Assembly: GCF_000143415.4 (NCBI RefSeq)
Contig: NW_003314330.1
Span: forward strand, 960,089-1,024,088
Direction of reading: 5' to 3'
DNA: 64,000 nt
DNA from: Selaginella moellendorffii
Lineage: Eukaryota > Plantae > Lycopodiophyta
Below the pieces are notes generated by a model. It saw nothing but the letters and a program-made list of their open reading frames with translations. It had not been told where the DNA came from and did no database searches. The position numbers and the translations under genes are program-made. Below are positions 50,247 to 62,674 of the stretch, piece after piece (positions within the stretch are counted from its first letter, which is position 1; each line of letters begins with the position of its first letter).

Positions 50247-51808
50247 CGCCAAATCGATCTAGTAGCAGCGAGCGCGAGAGGGAGAGAAGAAGAAGAAGAA
50301 TCGATCGATTGCTCCTGGAAATCCCGGCCAATTCGCGCAAGAACACGCCGCTAGGCTAGATCGTGGCGGTCAAGGCGAGTGAAATCCTCCAGAGAAAAAA
50401 ATGGAGCCATCCATCTTCACTAGCGTCTAAACCCTAAGCCAGCCGTTTTACACGCAATTAATCCTAAGCTGCGCCCATTTAATTAACCGCGCGTGGATAT
50501 TCGCTGCCGCCAGCATCCATTCAATGCCAGATATTCGCTCCCGGGAGAAATCTGGGCCGTTGGGCCGCGAGTTTTAATTGCCCCTCCTTTATACCTTGGC
50601 TGGGCGATGTGTAAATCTCTTAAAAATTCGCTATTCTTCCGCCTGGCAGCGCTGCGCTGTTGTGGCGACTGTTTGAATGGATCTCCGCGAATTTCTTTTT
50701 GTCTGTTGATCCCGAATCGTCACTCGCCACTGGCGTTGATTGGTCGCTGTTGCTTTCAGCGGGAAAAATGCTACTACCATCTTCGTCTTCCTTGCTGAGA
50801 GATTTGCAAAGACGAGAGAGTGAGCGAGTGGCGGTCGAAGTCAGCTTAATAACAAAGTGAGTGGTGTGGACGAGCCAAAGTGATGATCGATCCAGAAAAA
50901 CCAGCGGAGCGAGAGTGTAAATACCCTTGTGATTGATTGATCGATCCATTCATCGGTCGCTTCCCTGCTGTGCCGCTGCTACGCCTGTCGTCCTCTTAGC
51001 AAGATCACGAGCGATCACCACCTGTAAGCATGCCGTGCATAAAAACAACGGAGGAATTCTTTCTCCTGCTTTTCTGTTTGTACCTGTTCTCGATCCAGCG
51101 CTGCAGTGACATCACGGACCAGCTGCAGCGAAACTGTCCATGGGTCTCCTCAAAATGCCTCTTGTTTGGATGCGCTCGCTTGTTTTCTTCTTTGCGGCTG
51201 ATAAGTCAAGCAAAAAGATTAGTCAATGCGGAGAAAAGGAGCAGCGATGCTTACTTGAATATCATAAGTGGATTGGAGTCGGAGTGGTCCCGTAAAGGCC
51301 ATCGTCACAGATGACAATCGCAGAAGAAATCCTTTTCCCCGCTCTCACTTCTCCCCTGCCGAAATCAAATCGAGCTCCCAAACCATGGAATCGTTTTCAT
51401 GTGAGCGCAGCAGCTCCAGCACGTGAAAATCTTCAAGCGCTCCTGTCTGCGAGTGTGCAGTACCCTTTCCTATACGTACCCAAATTCATGAACTAGAGAT
51501 CCAAAAACAAATGCCAAGCGAGAGAGGTACTATACCGATGCGCAGAGAGAGAGAGCTAGAAATTTATTTCCCTGTGTTGGGTGTGGTCGCCTGCAAATGC
51601 CCTGTCCCTCGAGACGAGCACCTTTGGCAACCGCAATTTTCTGCCTACGCAACAACTGCCTTGAGTCGCATTTACAGGCCATACCGCAAAGCTTGACGCC
51701 TTTTGTTTCTCTCACCAGGTATATCACTGTAAAGATACAAGAGAGAGGAAGGACCGTCAGCAAAGCTTGGTTGCTTTACTGAGAAACTTACGGAGATCTG
51801 GCGCTCCT

Positions 51809-52393
51809 TCATTCGATTTGGATCTCTTCGGGACCGCCATCGTCCTTGTCCGTGATCGTCTCCAGCTTCTCGTCAGCCTGGAGCTTCGCTGCCGCGGCAG
51901 TCTTTTCGATCCAGCCTTTGAGAGGCTCCTCGTTTAAGTCGAGGCGGAGCATTCCCGCAAAGACGCCACCGAGGAAAGCGATCGGTTCCTGTTAGATAAA
52001 ACAAGCAGGCTTTCTTTCTCAGACAGTTTTATATAACCAAAGCGTCGTACCTTGAGAGCTTCCTTCACAATTGGGTCCTCTCTGGGATCGAAAAATGCCG
52101 CTACTTTGGTGGCTGGCCTTCTGCTTTGGAGAGCGAATTTTGGAGTACGACAAAGATCGTGCTGGAATACTGGGAAAACTGCCTGGAACGTAGCAAAATC
52201 TTAGCATGAGATAGGAGAAAACCACCAGACAAATCTAAATACCTTGTTCATGAAGCAGCTGGAAGAAGATAGGAGAGCCATTACGATACCTGTCTACCAC
52301 AACACAAATATTTCGAGATTTAGATCAATTTTGCTAGAGAAAAACCATGTACATCGATCGGGCAATGCCAAAGCAAGCAAATCTCTGCCGCAT
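51809..52393 (-). CDS. UPF0426 family small chloroplast protein, 4 exons
   Basis: Spliced product contains FFDPREDPIVKEALK|EPIAFLGGVFAGMLRLDLNEEPLKGWI...EIQIE. Not present in the ORF track because the exons are short. Confidence 0.85.
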
Positions 52394-52630
52394 TGGCTGG
52401 AAATCACACGCCCGATCGAGGCGGAGCTGCTATCGCTTCAATGGAACGAGCTAATCGGCACGAAATCTCGCCGGATAGCCAGAGAAGAAGCGTCAATCGA
52501 TCACATACCTGGTTAAACCCTAGTCGCGAGAAAGAATATCCACTCTCCTCTACTGGGAAGTTTTAATGCGTCTCTAGGGTTAGGGTTTATAGGGAGGAGA
52601 GAATTACGGCCTGGAGAGGGCCGTCCTTGG

Positions 52631-54582
52631 ATGGGGCAAGCTGGCGACGGTGAGAGAAGCTGTGATCGCCTGCTCCAATCTGGATGCTGGCGTGACGGTG
52701 TGGGATTTGGCGTCGGGCGTGCCGCTGTCGCACCTCCGATCGTGCGCGGCGCCGCGCAATGCCTTGGCGTGTGTTGGACATCATTTCCTGGCGGCATCGC
52801 AGATCCACAAGACTGCTAACAATGCCGGCGGCGCGATCTTCTTCTGGACCTGGCACAAGGTGAGTGAGAGCAGGAATCGATCGATTTCTTCTTGCCAAAA
52901 TCTCGAATTTGATCGGCCGTTTCATTCATTTTCTTTTCCTCTGCGTAGAACCAAGTGGCTTTCAAGAGCTATCCCGTGGAGCCGATCGAGCCCCTAGCTT
53001 GCACTGCCGATGGAGTTTACTTGGCGGGAGGAGGATCGTCGGGAAGAATTTATCTCTGGGAGGTGAGACTTCTCTTAACTTCGTGATTCACCCCATGACA
53101 CGGGATTCTGGCAAAGGTCTCGAGTGGAAGATTGCTGCGAGTGTGGGCCGGGCACTACAAAGCCGTCAAGTGTCTCGTCTTCTCCGACGATGATTCGCTA
53201 CTCATCTCTGGTGCCGAGGATGGACTTGTCAATGTCTATCCTCTCGTGAGGTAAGTTTGCTCCGATCGATCGAGCTTTTCTCCTTGAAGCTTTCTTCTCA
53301 TGCTTTCCGGCTTCCTTCCAGGGCCCTGGACAGCATCGAAGAAGCCGGGGAGACCCAGGTACCTTACATGCACAAATGGTCGGATCACACACTTCCAGTC
53401 ACTGGATTGCTGGCCGGCTCTGGTGGTTCTAGCGCGATCATCGTCTCGTGCTCACTAGACCACACCTGCAAGGTACGTTTCTTTAGCTCTTCGCAGCAGC
53501 GTGTTAGTTTTTCCAGCTTACCGCGAGAGTTTGTATAGATATGGAGCTTGGCTCTCGGAGCTCTACTCCGGTCGATACTCTTCCCCACTCCCATCAATGC
53601 TGTTGCACTTGATCCAGGGGAGTACGCGCTCTACGCCGGTGGAGTCGATGGCAGGATTTTTATCACGGCTCTAAACTTCGGTGTTCCATCGGGGTCTGGC
53701 TTGCATTCCGCGGATGGGCTACTCGGTGCTGACGGGATCGGCCACAGGTTGTGTGCTTTCTAAAGTTTTGTTGTTCCAATCCACCCGTCCGACTGCTTTT
53801 GACTAATCTGGAGTTGTTCTTGATAGAGCAGCCGTGCTATTACTGCTCTAGCATTTAGCATGGATGGGGTGTCGCTCGTCTCTGGCTCCGAGGACTGCAC
53901 TGTCCGGTTGTGGGACACCGTGAGCCGCCAGGTTCTTCGGACGTTTTCTCACAGCAAAGGTGACCGACCAAAGTTTCTTTTTGTCTCTCCCAACGCAAAA
54001 GTTGCTTTGCTTTGCTGGTTTCTTGCAGGTCCTGTGAGCAGCCTTTTGGTGATACCACGGCCCTCGTCCCTGCTCAGCTCTACAGATCAGCAAGGCCGTC
54101 AAATCAACCGTCGCTTACCAACGCTTCCAGTGGTTCCGTTGAGCAAGTACGTAACAGTCGAGTCAGTGGCACAAGACTTCAAGCCTTGGGAAGGCCCCCC
54201 GGTTGTCCTTCCGTTAACTTATCCTGCTGATGACGAGGATGCCGAGGGTTACTCTCACAGTATGGTCGCCATGGGAAGACAAATAAGAGAACTAGAGGTA
54301 AGAAAGGGTTTTTTGCCTGGATGAGAGACCATTGACGGGTTTTGATGACAGCAACAAGGCTCCACGGCAGCGATGCAAATGGAGCTGGAGAGATTGCGAT
54401 CGGAGCTCCGGCGGGCTCTAAACAATGGCCAGCAGTGGCAGCAATTGCACCAAGAACTTTACTGTTTCTGCGTGGACGAATTGATGGGTGGGAACCGGGA
54501 CAGGGAAGACGACGACGGAGAGAACAAGGAAAGAACCAAGGGAAGAGCCAGCAAGGTGGGGGACAAGATGCGTGACAAGTAA
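52631..54582 (+). CDS. RID3: WD40 protein RID3/WDR18/Ipi3-like, multi-exon; start codon ambiguous
   Basis: AVIACSN...TVWDL, KSYPVEPI, GRIYLWEV, HYKAVKCL, HTLPVTG, CSLDHTCK and a C-terminal coiled coil QQWQQLHQELY. Confidence 0.85.
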
Positions 54583-54601
54583 GCACAGATTTTGAGGAGG
54601 T

Positions 54602-57136
54602 TTAGGAGGTAGTGGATCGGGTGAGAGACGCTGCTCGATTAGAAGTTGTCAATTTTTGCACAGCCTATTATAACCAGACTTTGCGTTAGAGGACGAAAAA
54701 CTGAGTTGATAATATATATATACGTACTTGCATCGCAGCTAAGCGTCTTGCCACGCGCTTCTCTTCGTGCTCGCAGCAGCTGACGCGCTCATTGTCGATC
54801 ACAACATCGGCGCGTATGAAACCGTCCACCTCAGTGCACTGGATCTCGAGAGCAAGTCTTTGCTCTCTACACAAGGTCTCGAGCTGCTTGACTGGATGGA
54901 GCATCACGTTTTCCGGAGTGGCGATTGGTTCTAAGAGCCTTTCATACACCTGAAGATGAGAGAGGTTATAAGAAAGTATACTCCAATCAATACGACTTAC
55001 CTTCCAAACAATATCTGGTTCGTACTCGGAGTCGATAAAAATTGAAGCTGCCAGTGTTTGAATCACGTCTCCAAGCAGCTGAAACAGAGAATAAGCAGAC
55101 AGGATAATTGGAGAACTTGGCTTACTTTTGGTGAGTTTAGTCTGGAAATGCCGAAAGTCGAGCATGCTTTCCCCCTTGCATGCTCTTCGACAAGTGATTC
55201 TGCGAACTCGGCAATTTGAGGGACGAAGTGGACCTTCTGAAGATAAACGTGGAAGCCGTGACGAATACTAATGCAGGAGTAGTGCTCCTTGTTGATCGTT
55301 GCCTGCTTTATGGTGTTGTGGCGACCGGCCGACTGGTCCGGGAATGATCTGACCAAGTGCCGTGTCACGAGGTAGTCCAGCACTGCATCGCCGAGAAACT
55401 CTAGACGCCTGAAAGTGAAGTTGTCGTCATGAAAGCTCAGAGCAACTCGCAAGACCTGCTTGTTCCTGAACTGATAGCCGAGTTTCTCTTGTAGTTCCTT
55501 CAAATCATCATCTGTTAATGATCCGCAGCCTGTGACTTCGAATCTGTGATGATCTTCGGCCTCAGGAGGAAACCGGACTGGTATCTGGAGCCAGTTCGCT
55601 GCTGCCATAGCGGCAGCAAGTTCCCCTTCCAGCACGCATGCCCCCAGAACGGCTTCTACTACGTCCGCCAGCGTCTTCGTCGAGAGCAGTTGTTCCGGAA
55701 TCTTTGCCGCTGCTGGTATCATGCCCGGAGATATCCACTTCAGCGGCGAAAACATCTCCGCAAATACATACCGGTACAGATTCCGAGCTAGTGCCAAACT
55801 GGAAAGCGTGCTGTTGCAAACTATATTGTACAGCTCCAGGCCAAGCTCTTCACTGCCCATCGAAGGCATCGTCGCGTAGACATACGTTCCAGCGACGATC
55901 TTCAGCACGCTGTCTCCTAACAGTTCTAGTGGCTCGTAAGATACATTGAAACAGCATGCTCTGGATGTCAAAGCCTCCAACAGCTAAAACCACGTTTCAG
56001 TCCTCCAGATAACAAACTTGCTACGAATTGTACCTTCAAAGCTGAGACCGGGACGTCCATTGCATCACGCAGTTCTGCGGCTAGCAGTGCCATCTCAAGC
56101 CTGTACATAACAGAAGGAAGCCGAAGAGCGCCTCTATGCAAGCTTCCCGGTAGTAAAGTTTTCGAAAGTACGCACTCCCTTCTTGAAAAGGTGACGGCTC
56201 TTAGCTTTTTCGTTAGTGTAGCACCTGGAAAGAAGAAACTCAGATCAAATGGTGATAGATAATTAGAGTTTCATACCATTGTGTTTCGTGAGATAGCTCA
56301 GTGCCCGGTGCGCCCTCACAGCAACAACTTCGTTCGAGTGTTTCGATAGAACGACGCACGATTTTCCAGAGCAAAGGATCAAGCTGTCAATCGCGATCTT
56401 CTCGTTCGAGGCCTGTGCTTCGGAAGCGATCATCGAGTCAGCGTAATGCAAACCGGAAGAAGTTGCAGCAGCCATCAAGTTCCAATCCACGACCAGCTTA
56501 AACTCCTCTCTCCTCCATCGCCAAGTCTCTAGCAGTGGAACGGCATAGTAAAGCTTTGGACCCTCTCGGTACTCCGATAGCCTCGCGTCTTGGGAGCGGC
56601 CCAGGACGAGATCGAAAAGCCATTTGGTAAATTCTTTGATCTTCACCACCTGGAATGAAAAGAGATCCAAGTAAGAAACTTCACACAAAGAGAGAGTATA
56701 CTGTATAGTATACCTCGTCCGAGGAAACCAGCACTTCTCCAATCTCCTCTAGATGGGCACGGACTATGGAGTTTTCTTGGAGGAACAATTCCACTACCAT
56801 CGCTGCCACGGCTGGATCGACTCTGGTGGGTAGAAGGATTCCAAACTCCGTGGCGTGCCGTTGCAATGGATCCTTGCCTTCCATCACAAGCTCATAGCGT
56901 ATGGCCACGGCATGGAACAAGATCCTGTCCGACGAATGGTCGACCCTTGGACTTGCCTGGACGACACCAGGAATGCCGCGCTCGTAGTGCCGTGGCGATG
57001 CAGTGAGCGGCGATTTGCCATCGCTAGGCGGCACAAGGGGATATTTCTTCTTGCCTGAATCTGGAGCAGCATTGCAATGGGAGACTTCCCCCAATGCCGT
57101 GACAAGATCGTCGATCTTCTCCTCCATGGCCTTCAT
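54602..57136 (-). CDS. Atypical Dicer-like protein: platform, reduced PAZ, connector, RNase IIIa, RNase IIIb (E>Q), one dsRBD, no helicase; at least 7 exons, about 730 aa
   Basis: KDPLQRHATEFGILL, LPGSLHRGALRLPSVMYRLE, EPLELLGDSVL, KTLADVVEA, RLEFLGDAVLD, KLLGDVIQT, HPVKQLETLC. All GT-AG junctions splice in frame. Confidence 0.88.
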
Positions 57137-57639
57137 CGCTCGCAGGAACGCGAATTTCCAGCTCCGATCGACTCGGAGAGCGAGAGAAAACCAGAAACCT
57201 CGAACAACAGGAGAAGATCCACCGATTCACCTCAGATACCTTCGGCGCTTGCAATCGCCGCCAAGGACGAGACTTTAGAGCTTGGATCGGCTCCGAGAGG
57301 GAAGGAAAGCTGGGCCAGCAACGCGATCGACCTCAAATCTTGCAGCGAGCTCCATGGAGGGAAAAACAATGGTGAAGAACAACCTAGTGATCCAACGGCT
57401 GGGATTTGCCGCGAGGTTTCATTAAACTCATATCCAAAATTTGTTTCTGTAGAGACGATCTTTGGCTGCCACTCAAGCCTCTAGATTTAAATACTATGGG
57501 AGAGAAACAAAGCTTCCATCTCGAATCTAGAACAAAGCATCTCTGCAAATAAAAAATATTCTTAGAAAGAACTTTGGCGATGGTAATATAAGATCATAGA
57601 AAGTGAAAAATCACGTTAATTCGCCTATGGTTTGTTTGT

Positions 57640-59786
57640 TTACTCGACCACATTGCGTATGAGTAGCCTGTAAGTGCCGAAGGAGTTCTTACTTTGCCAT
57701 GCCCAGGGAATAAAAAACGCGCGGTGGAGACGAGGTGAGCTCTCATTGTCCAGGAACAAGCGTTTAGCCACGACCTGTTAGAAAAATACTCTTAGAGAAT
57801 CTGGCAAGCGTAAACAAGCACGTACAGTCCATTTGGTTTGATTGTTTCCACGATACTCTACGCCCGGTCTGTCTAAGACTAGCTCCACCACAAAGTCACA
57901 GGAAGCGTCGCTTTGGAGCTGAGACAGGGATTTCGGAAGAGTGAGAACCTTCGAAAGAAAATAAGTAACGAGATGAGATCTAACTTACAAATTGCTTTGG
58001 AGAAGCGTTGTTATGCCTGTTGAAGTAGTCCGGAGCTGCTTTCGTTCCACCCAGGCTGCTATCGAATGGAAACGGCATAAGTCCTCTAAAGCCATCGTCG
58101 AGCCATCTCACTTGGTACTTGGCTGACGGCAGAAAGAACGAGGATGGGAAACGGTGCCACTCACTGCCAATGCAAACTGCATTGAAACGCAGGAGTTAAG
58201 AGAATTGAAACTGCGAGGCTTGCCTGTGGAATTCTCGGTTGGATTAGTTGGAAGGTGTTTGTAAATCTGCATCGGTGCCGAGTAACCTTGAAGTAAAGAC
58301 GTTGTTCGACTATACGATGCCACCAGGATGAAAGATAAGAGCAAAGGCCTCAATTTCGTGAACAGACCATGCACGAAGCTCATTTTTCGTGGTACCAGAC
58401 CTGGAATCCGCTCGATGCTAGCTGCCGCAGCTACGCAAACGAGGGGATAGGTTGGATAGAGGAACCTGAAAAGAAAAAAAGCTGAGTGAACTAAGATAGA
58501 GAGCATAGTTTTGATACCTTTCTTCTTTGTGAGGTTGCAAGGACATGAATCCAAACCACAAATACAAAGGTGAGATTACCAGTAGGAGATGCTTGTCGGT
58601 ACTTCGTCGCACGAAAAGCAGCAAAACAGGTAGCCCGAACGCCAACAACAACGCAAGATTGAAATTGTTGAGCCCATTCCGAAGATAAAACAAGGGTCCC
58701 TCCACACCGTATAAAATGCTGTCGCCACCTCCCACGACATTGTAGGTGACGAGGTTGAGAATAGAAAGCTTCCACTGACCGTAAAATAATCGATCACATA
58801 GTGCTGACAGCGCCTGTATAGACAATCAAGTTGAGTTTCCAGGAGAATATCCACCAATTTATAAGAGACAAGAGGAACTTACGATGAGAACGACTGAGGA
58901 TTTAACACCGGCCATGAAAACCTTGACGGAGCTACCATTCGCCAAAGAGTACACTACCACGGGAAGAACCGCAAGGCCCGAGAATGGCCAGCCAACAAGG
59001 ACCCCCAAGGCAGCCACGGCCACGGCAGCTTCAAACTTATCGGCAAGCACAGCCGCTGATGCAAGGCTGATAGCGTACATTGAAAAGGTGCTCGGCAGAA
59101 AAGCTGAGAAAGGAGAAAAAAAACAAGAAAAGTGAGTGAGAACAGCCTGAGAATTTTTCCTTACTTGTGCTGGCTGTGTAGCAACCACTGGCAAAGCAGA
59201 GTAAAACCAAAGTGTATGATGCCATCCTTTTTCCAAACCTTTCGGACACGGCTGCCACAAGAGCTCCATCGACGGCCGCAGACACCAAGGCGAATGCCAG
59301 TTTAATCAGATAGAAAACTTTCACCTGGAAAAGGAAGATAAACACTTAAGAGCATTTCAATCAAAAGAGAAACTTTCCTACCTTTGCGAGAATGTAAGAA
59401 GCTGGAGCTCCAATAACGGCATGAATCAGGATGTAAAGATACGATCGAAGAGCAAACTCCGAGCTAGTCCAGAGAAACGAAACTCCAATTATTTTAGCGA
59501 GAGAACAGACACTCTCTAAAGCTCTCACTCACCTGTACTCCCAAGTTTGAAATCCCGATCCATAGAGAAGAAAATGCAGCGGCTCCCAGTAATTGAAAAC
59601 CTCGTCGCAGTCGTGTACGATGTTGGAGCTCGCGCTGAAGTAGCGAGTGATGAAGAGCGCGGCGAAAGCCGCAGCAAATCCGACATTCTTACTGACCTCC
59701 GGAAGATCCTTCTTCTTGGCATCCTCTTCTTCGCTGTTAATCTCTGCCGAGGAGCGATCGCGCCTCCGCTGCCGGAGCTCAGCCAT
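57640..59786 (-). CDS. ALG9: ALG9 alpha-1,2-mannosyltransferase, multi-exon
   Basis: DCDEVFNYWEPLHFLLYGSGFQTWEY, AFLPSTFSMY, GWPFSG, LYGVEGPLFY, PHKEERFLYP, CIGSEWHRFPSSF. Confidence 0.95.
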
Positions 59787-59900
59787 GAACCCTAGATAAA
59801 TCACAAAACCCTAGAATGAATATTCTGCAAATCTTTTCAAGCAAAACATTTGAATTTCGAATATTCTTTGGGAATCACTCAAGAACCCTAAAACAGAGCT

Positions 59901-60509
59901 CTATTTCCACATCTTGAATATCTTGGGCGGATTTTTGGTGATCGAAGTGACGCCATCATAGCCTGAAACGAGAAATTCAAGGAATGAATCGAAGAGAATT
60001 CAAGGATTGAACCCACCAAGCGCTGGATCCATGTTTCGATTCTTGAGCTCCCGATATGTCTGGGCGATGGAGCAGCAGAGGCACCAGCATTCAGTGCAAA
60101 TATCGTTGCATGGTTCTGGCGGGAGGCCGAATTTGTTACGGAGTTTACCGCGATAGAGGCAACTGTAGAGGCATCCCAATCCGGCCATGCTGTGGAGCAA
60201 GCAAAACACTGTCCCTCCGGTACAGCACGCTGCGATGAGATCGATCGATCGGTAAATTCACGCAATCTTGTCATCGATTCTATCCAGGAATCGAAAGAAC
60301 TTACAAGTGTTTCCTTGATCCAAGACATTGATGTTTCTTCCCACCACAACGCAGGGGCAGAGGCACGCACAGCAGTCTACATTCGATCGAATCGCAAGAG
60401 CAAAAAAAATGTGATTGATCCGATCGATGGAAGAAAAAAATCTCTGTTGCTACTCACATGAATTAAAATCTTCAAAGCATCCACACAGACCAGTCGTCCA
60501 TTTTCCCAT
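59901..60509 (-). CDS. PLAC8 / PCR / CNR family Cys-rich membrane protein, 4 exons
   Basis: MGKWTTGLCGCFED, CLCPCV, YRGKLRNKFGL, CWCLCCSIAQTYRELKNR. Confidence 0.88.
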
Positions 60510-61120
60510 CTTTGTCCCTTCTTCTTTGGGAGTTCTTTCATTGTTTCTTGGCTAAGGTATTTAAATGGACCTTCTCTTCCGCGTTGCAAGGCTTGAGGTA
60601 ATCTCTAGGGCAATTATCGATAGGGCTCTCTTGGCGATGGCGATACGCCGGCGCCAAGGCGCTGTGGACGCGGCGCCCGCATTCCTTGTCGCAGTCCGCC
60701 ATGGCGCTGTCGATGCCGCCGGATTTGAGCCCCAGCTTGCCATGGCGCTATCGATGCCGCCGCATTTGAGCTCCAGGTAAGAGAACCCGACATCCTTCTT
60801 TTCTTGTTTTGGTTTTCTTTCTTTTGTTGCAGCAAATGCCAAGTGAAAGATAAGTATATAAATTGAAACGACAAGATACAATCACGGTATGTAAGTTGTC
60901 TAGAACAAACGACGCGAGCATTCATGGTTTTCTCCGCAGATTTATGCGTAAAATCACGCTAGTATCCACAACTTCGTCCGTGCTACTGACGAGTTGCTGA
61001 GAGATAGAATAGATGCAAGAGAACACTGTTTATAGAAGTATATTTTTCTATCAGCTATTGACTGGTTGCTGCTGCCAGAAGAATCTCATAAACGCTTCGA
61101 GACGAGCGGGTGCTGCCTAC

Positions 61121-62275
61121 CTAGAGATGGAGCTGTTTTAGATTTGGCTCCAGCGAGAACCATTTGTGAGCGCTGTTGGATCGCAGCGACACTTGCTCGC
61201 AGCGTGGAAGCCACATCCAAGAGTTGCGAGGAATGCAATAGACGGCTGCCTGAGGGGAGGTGAGACATGAGAAACAGATCAAGTCCTGCTGCGCGGTGCT
61301 GCTTATCTGGTCGTAGTTGTGGAAACAGGTTGATACGAACTTTGCACAAATCTCACCAGGCATGGTGTCCACCTCCGTCCATCGCTTCTGGTTGTTGCCA
61401 AGCTTCCAGATTCTCATCTTCTTGGTGATCCCGTGCTGCCCGTGTCCGCCGACCAAGTGAAGCACTCCTCGCTCACTCGCTACCGGGATGCAGTAAGTCA
61501 GTGACTCGGGAAGCGGTGCCTCTGACTTGGTCCATTTGCTCTGCTCCAGGTTGAGAGAGAACAGGAGCGGAGGATCGGAGCTAGTTGTGAAGTGGATTGT
61601 CTCTTCGCCGCAGCAGGCTGTCTCGGATCTGAAGTTGAAGGCCATTCCTGGAGCTTGGATCCTCCTCCACGATCCAGCAGCCGAGTCAAACACCTCCGTC
61701 ACTCGCTCACAGCTGCTCAGGTCGTCCATGACTCGGGATCCAGCAACGACGACTTTGAAGGTGTTGGAAGTGGAGCTTTTGGTGGTGAGAAGGGTGATGA
61801 CGGCTGCTCTGGCCATGTTGGAGGTCTTGAGCGGTGGGAGATCCCTCCAAGAGCTGAGCAGCGGGTTACAAACAATGAAGTGGCCGGGATGGATGGTCTT
61901 GAAGCACAGGAGTCCTCCAGACGAGGCGGCTATGTCCGTGGTATAGGGAGGCAGGAAGGAGAGGGAAATGGCGAACCACTTGTTGCTGGATCGATCGAAA
62001 GCTCTCAGCACTCTGGCAGTGCTATAGCTGTGACACTTGAACATGAGGATCCAGGGGAGCCTGGACGAGGGCGATGCTACTCGAGACTGCAGCCCTGCAA
62101 AGTTTAGAGACGTGAGAGCCTTGTTCCACTCCTTGGAGACGCATCGCAGCCGGAGCAAGCTCTTGATTGGGAGGCACGCGAAGATCCGGAGGAGCAAATC
62201 GTGTGGGAGGCTACTCCATATCCGAGGGTCGAAGTGAGTGATCCTCCTCCAGCGATCGCTACTGCTGCTACTCAT
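61121..62275 (-). CDS. F-box / kelch-like repeat protein, single exon
   Basis: DPRIWSSLPHDLLLRIFACLPIKSLLRLRCVSKEW F-box; SSGGLLC, VCNPL, KFVSTCFHNY. Confidence 0.9.
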   Translation of the reverse strand: MSSSSSDRWRRITHFDPRIWSSLPHDLLLRIFACLPIKSLLRLRCVSKEWNKALTSLNFAGLQSRVASPSSRLPWILMFKCHSYSTARVLRAFDRSSNKWFAISLSFLPPYTTDIAASSGGLLCFKTIHPGHFIVCNPLLSSWRDLPPLKTSNMARAAVITLLTTKSSTSNTFKVVVAGSRVMDDLSSCERVTEVFDSAAGSWRRIQAPGMAFNFRSETACCGEETIHFTTSSDPPLLFSLNLEQSKWTKSEAPLPESLTYCIPVASERGVLHLVGGHGQHGITKKMRIWKLGNNQKRWTEVDTMPGEICAKFVSTCFHNYDQISSTAQQDLICFSCLTSPQAAVYCIPRNSWMWLPRCEQVSLRSNSAHKWFSLEPNLKQLHL

Positions 62276-62674
62276 TTTCACCCGTTTCCTTCTCACGAGC
62301 TCTCCGACTATATCTACATCAAGAACGACGTGAGATCCACGTAACGAAGAAGGAAAAATTCTCTTGCGCTTACTCGTTCCAAGCTTCGCTGGAATCTTCG
62401 ATTGTTAACGATATTCCCCGGAAGGCGCGTCTTTGACTCTTGACTGGTCTAAGTCAAGTGATCCACTTTTAGGGCTATCTAAAATTGAATGACAACCGTT
62501 AGATGATAGCATATCCGATGGTTTAGTTATCGCTAGGATTTTCAAGGCGCTCAGCGATCTCTTCTCCAGCGAGGAATGGCCGGCGCCCGTCGGGCACAAG
62601 CAGGACGCCAATGAGGAGTTTCTTGCTGGGAAGGTACATTGCTCGTCGCGGTTGGTGTGACGAGGAGGATCTGA

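Noticed and set aside
50600-51750. Possible small-peptide, miRNA or lncRNA locus
   Set aside because: No convincing long hairpin, known miRNA or peptide motif was found by eye.
57240-57480. Possible extra 5' exon of the Dicer-like gene (DUF283 remnant)
   Set aside because: An open frame and a donor site exist, but no confident start or splice path. It is too short for a helicase in any case.
60565-60850. Short ORFs with the repeat catggcgct.tcgatgccgcc
   Set aside because: No recognisable domain; likely a local duplication upstream of PLAC8.
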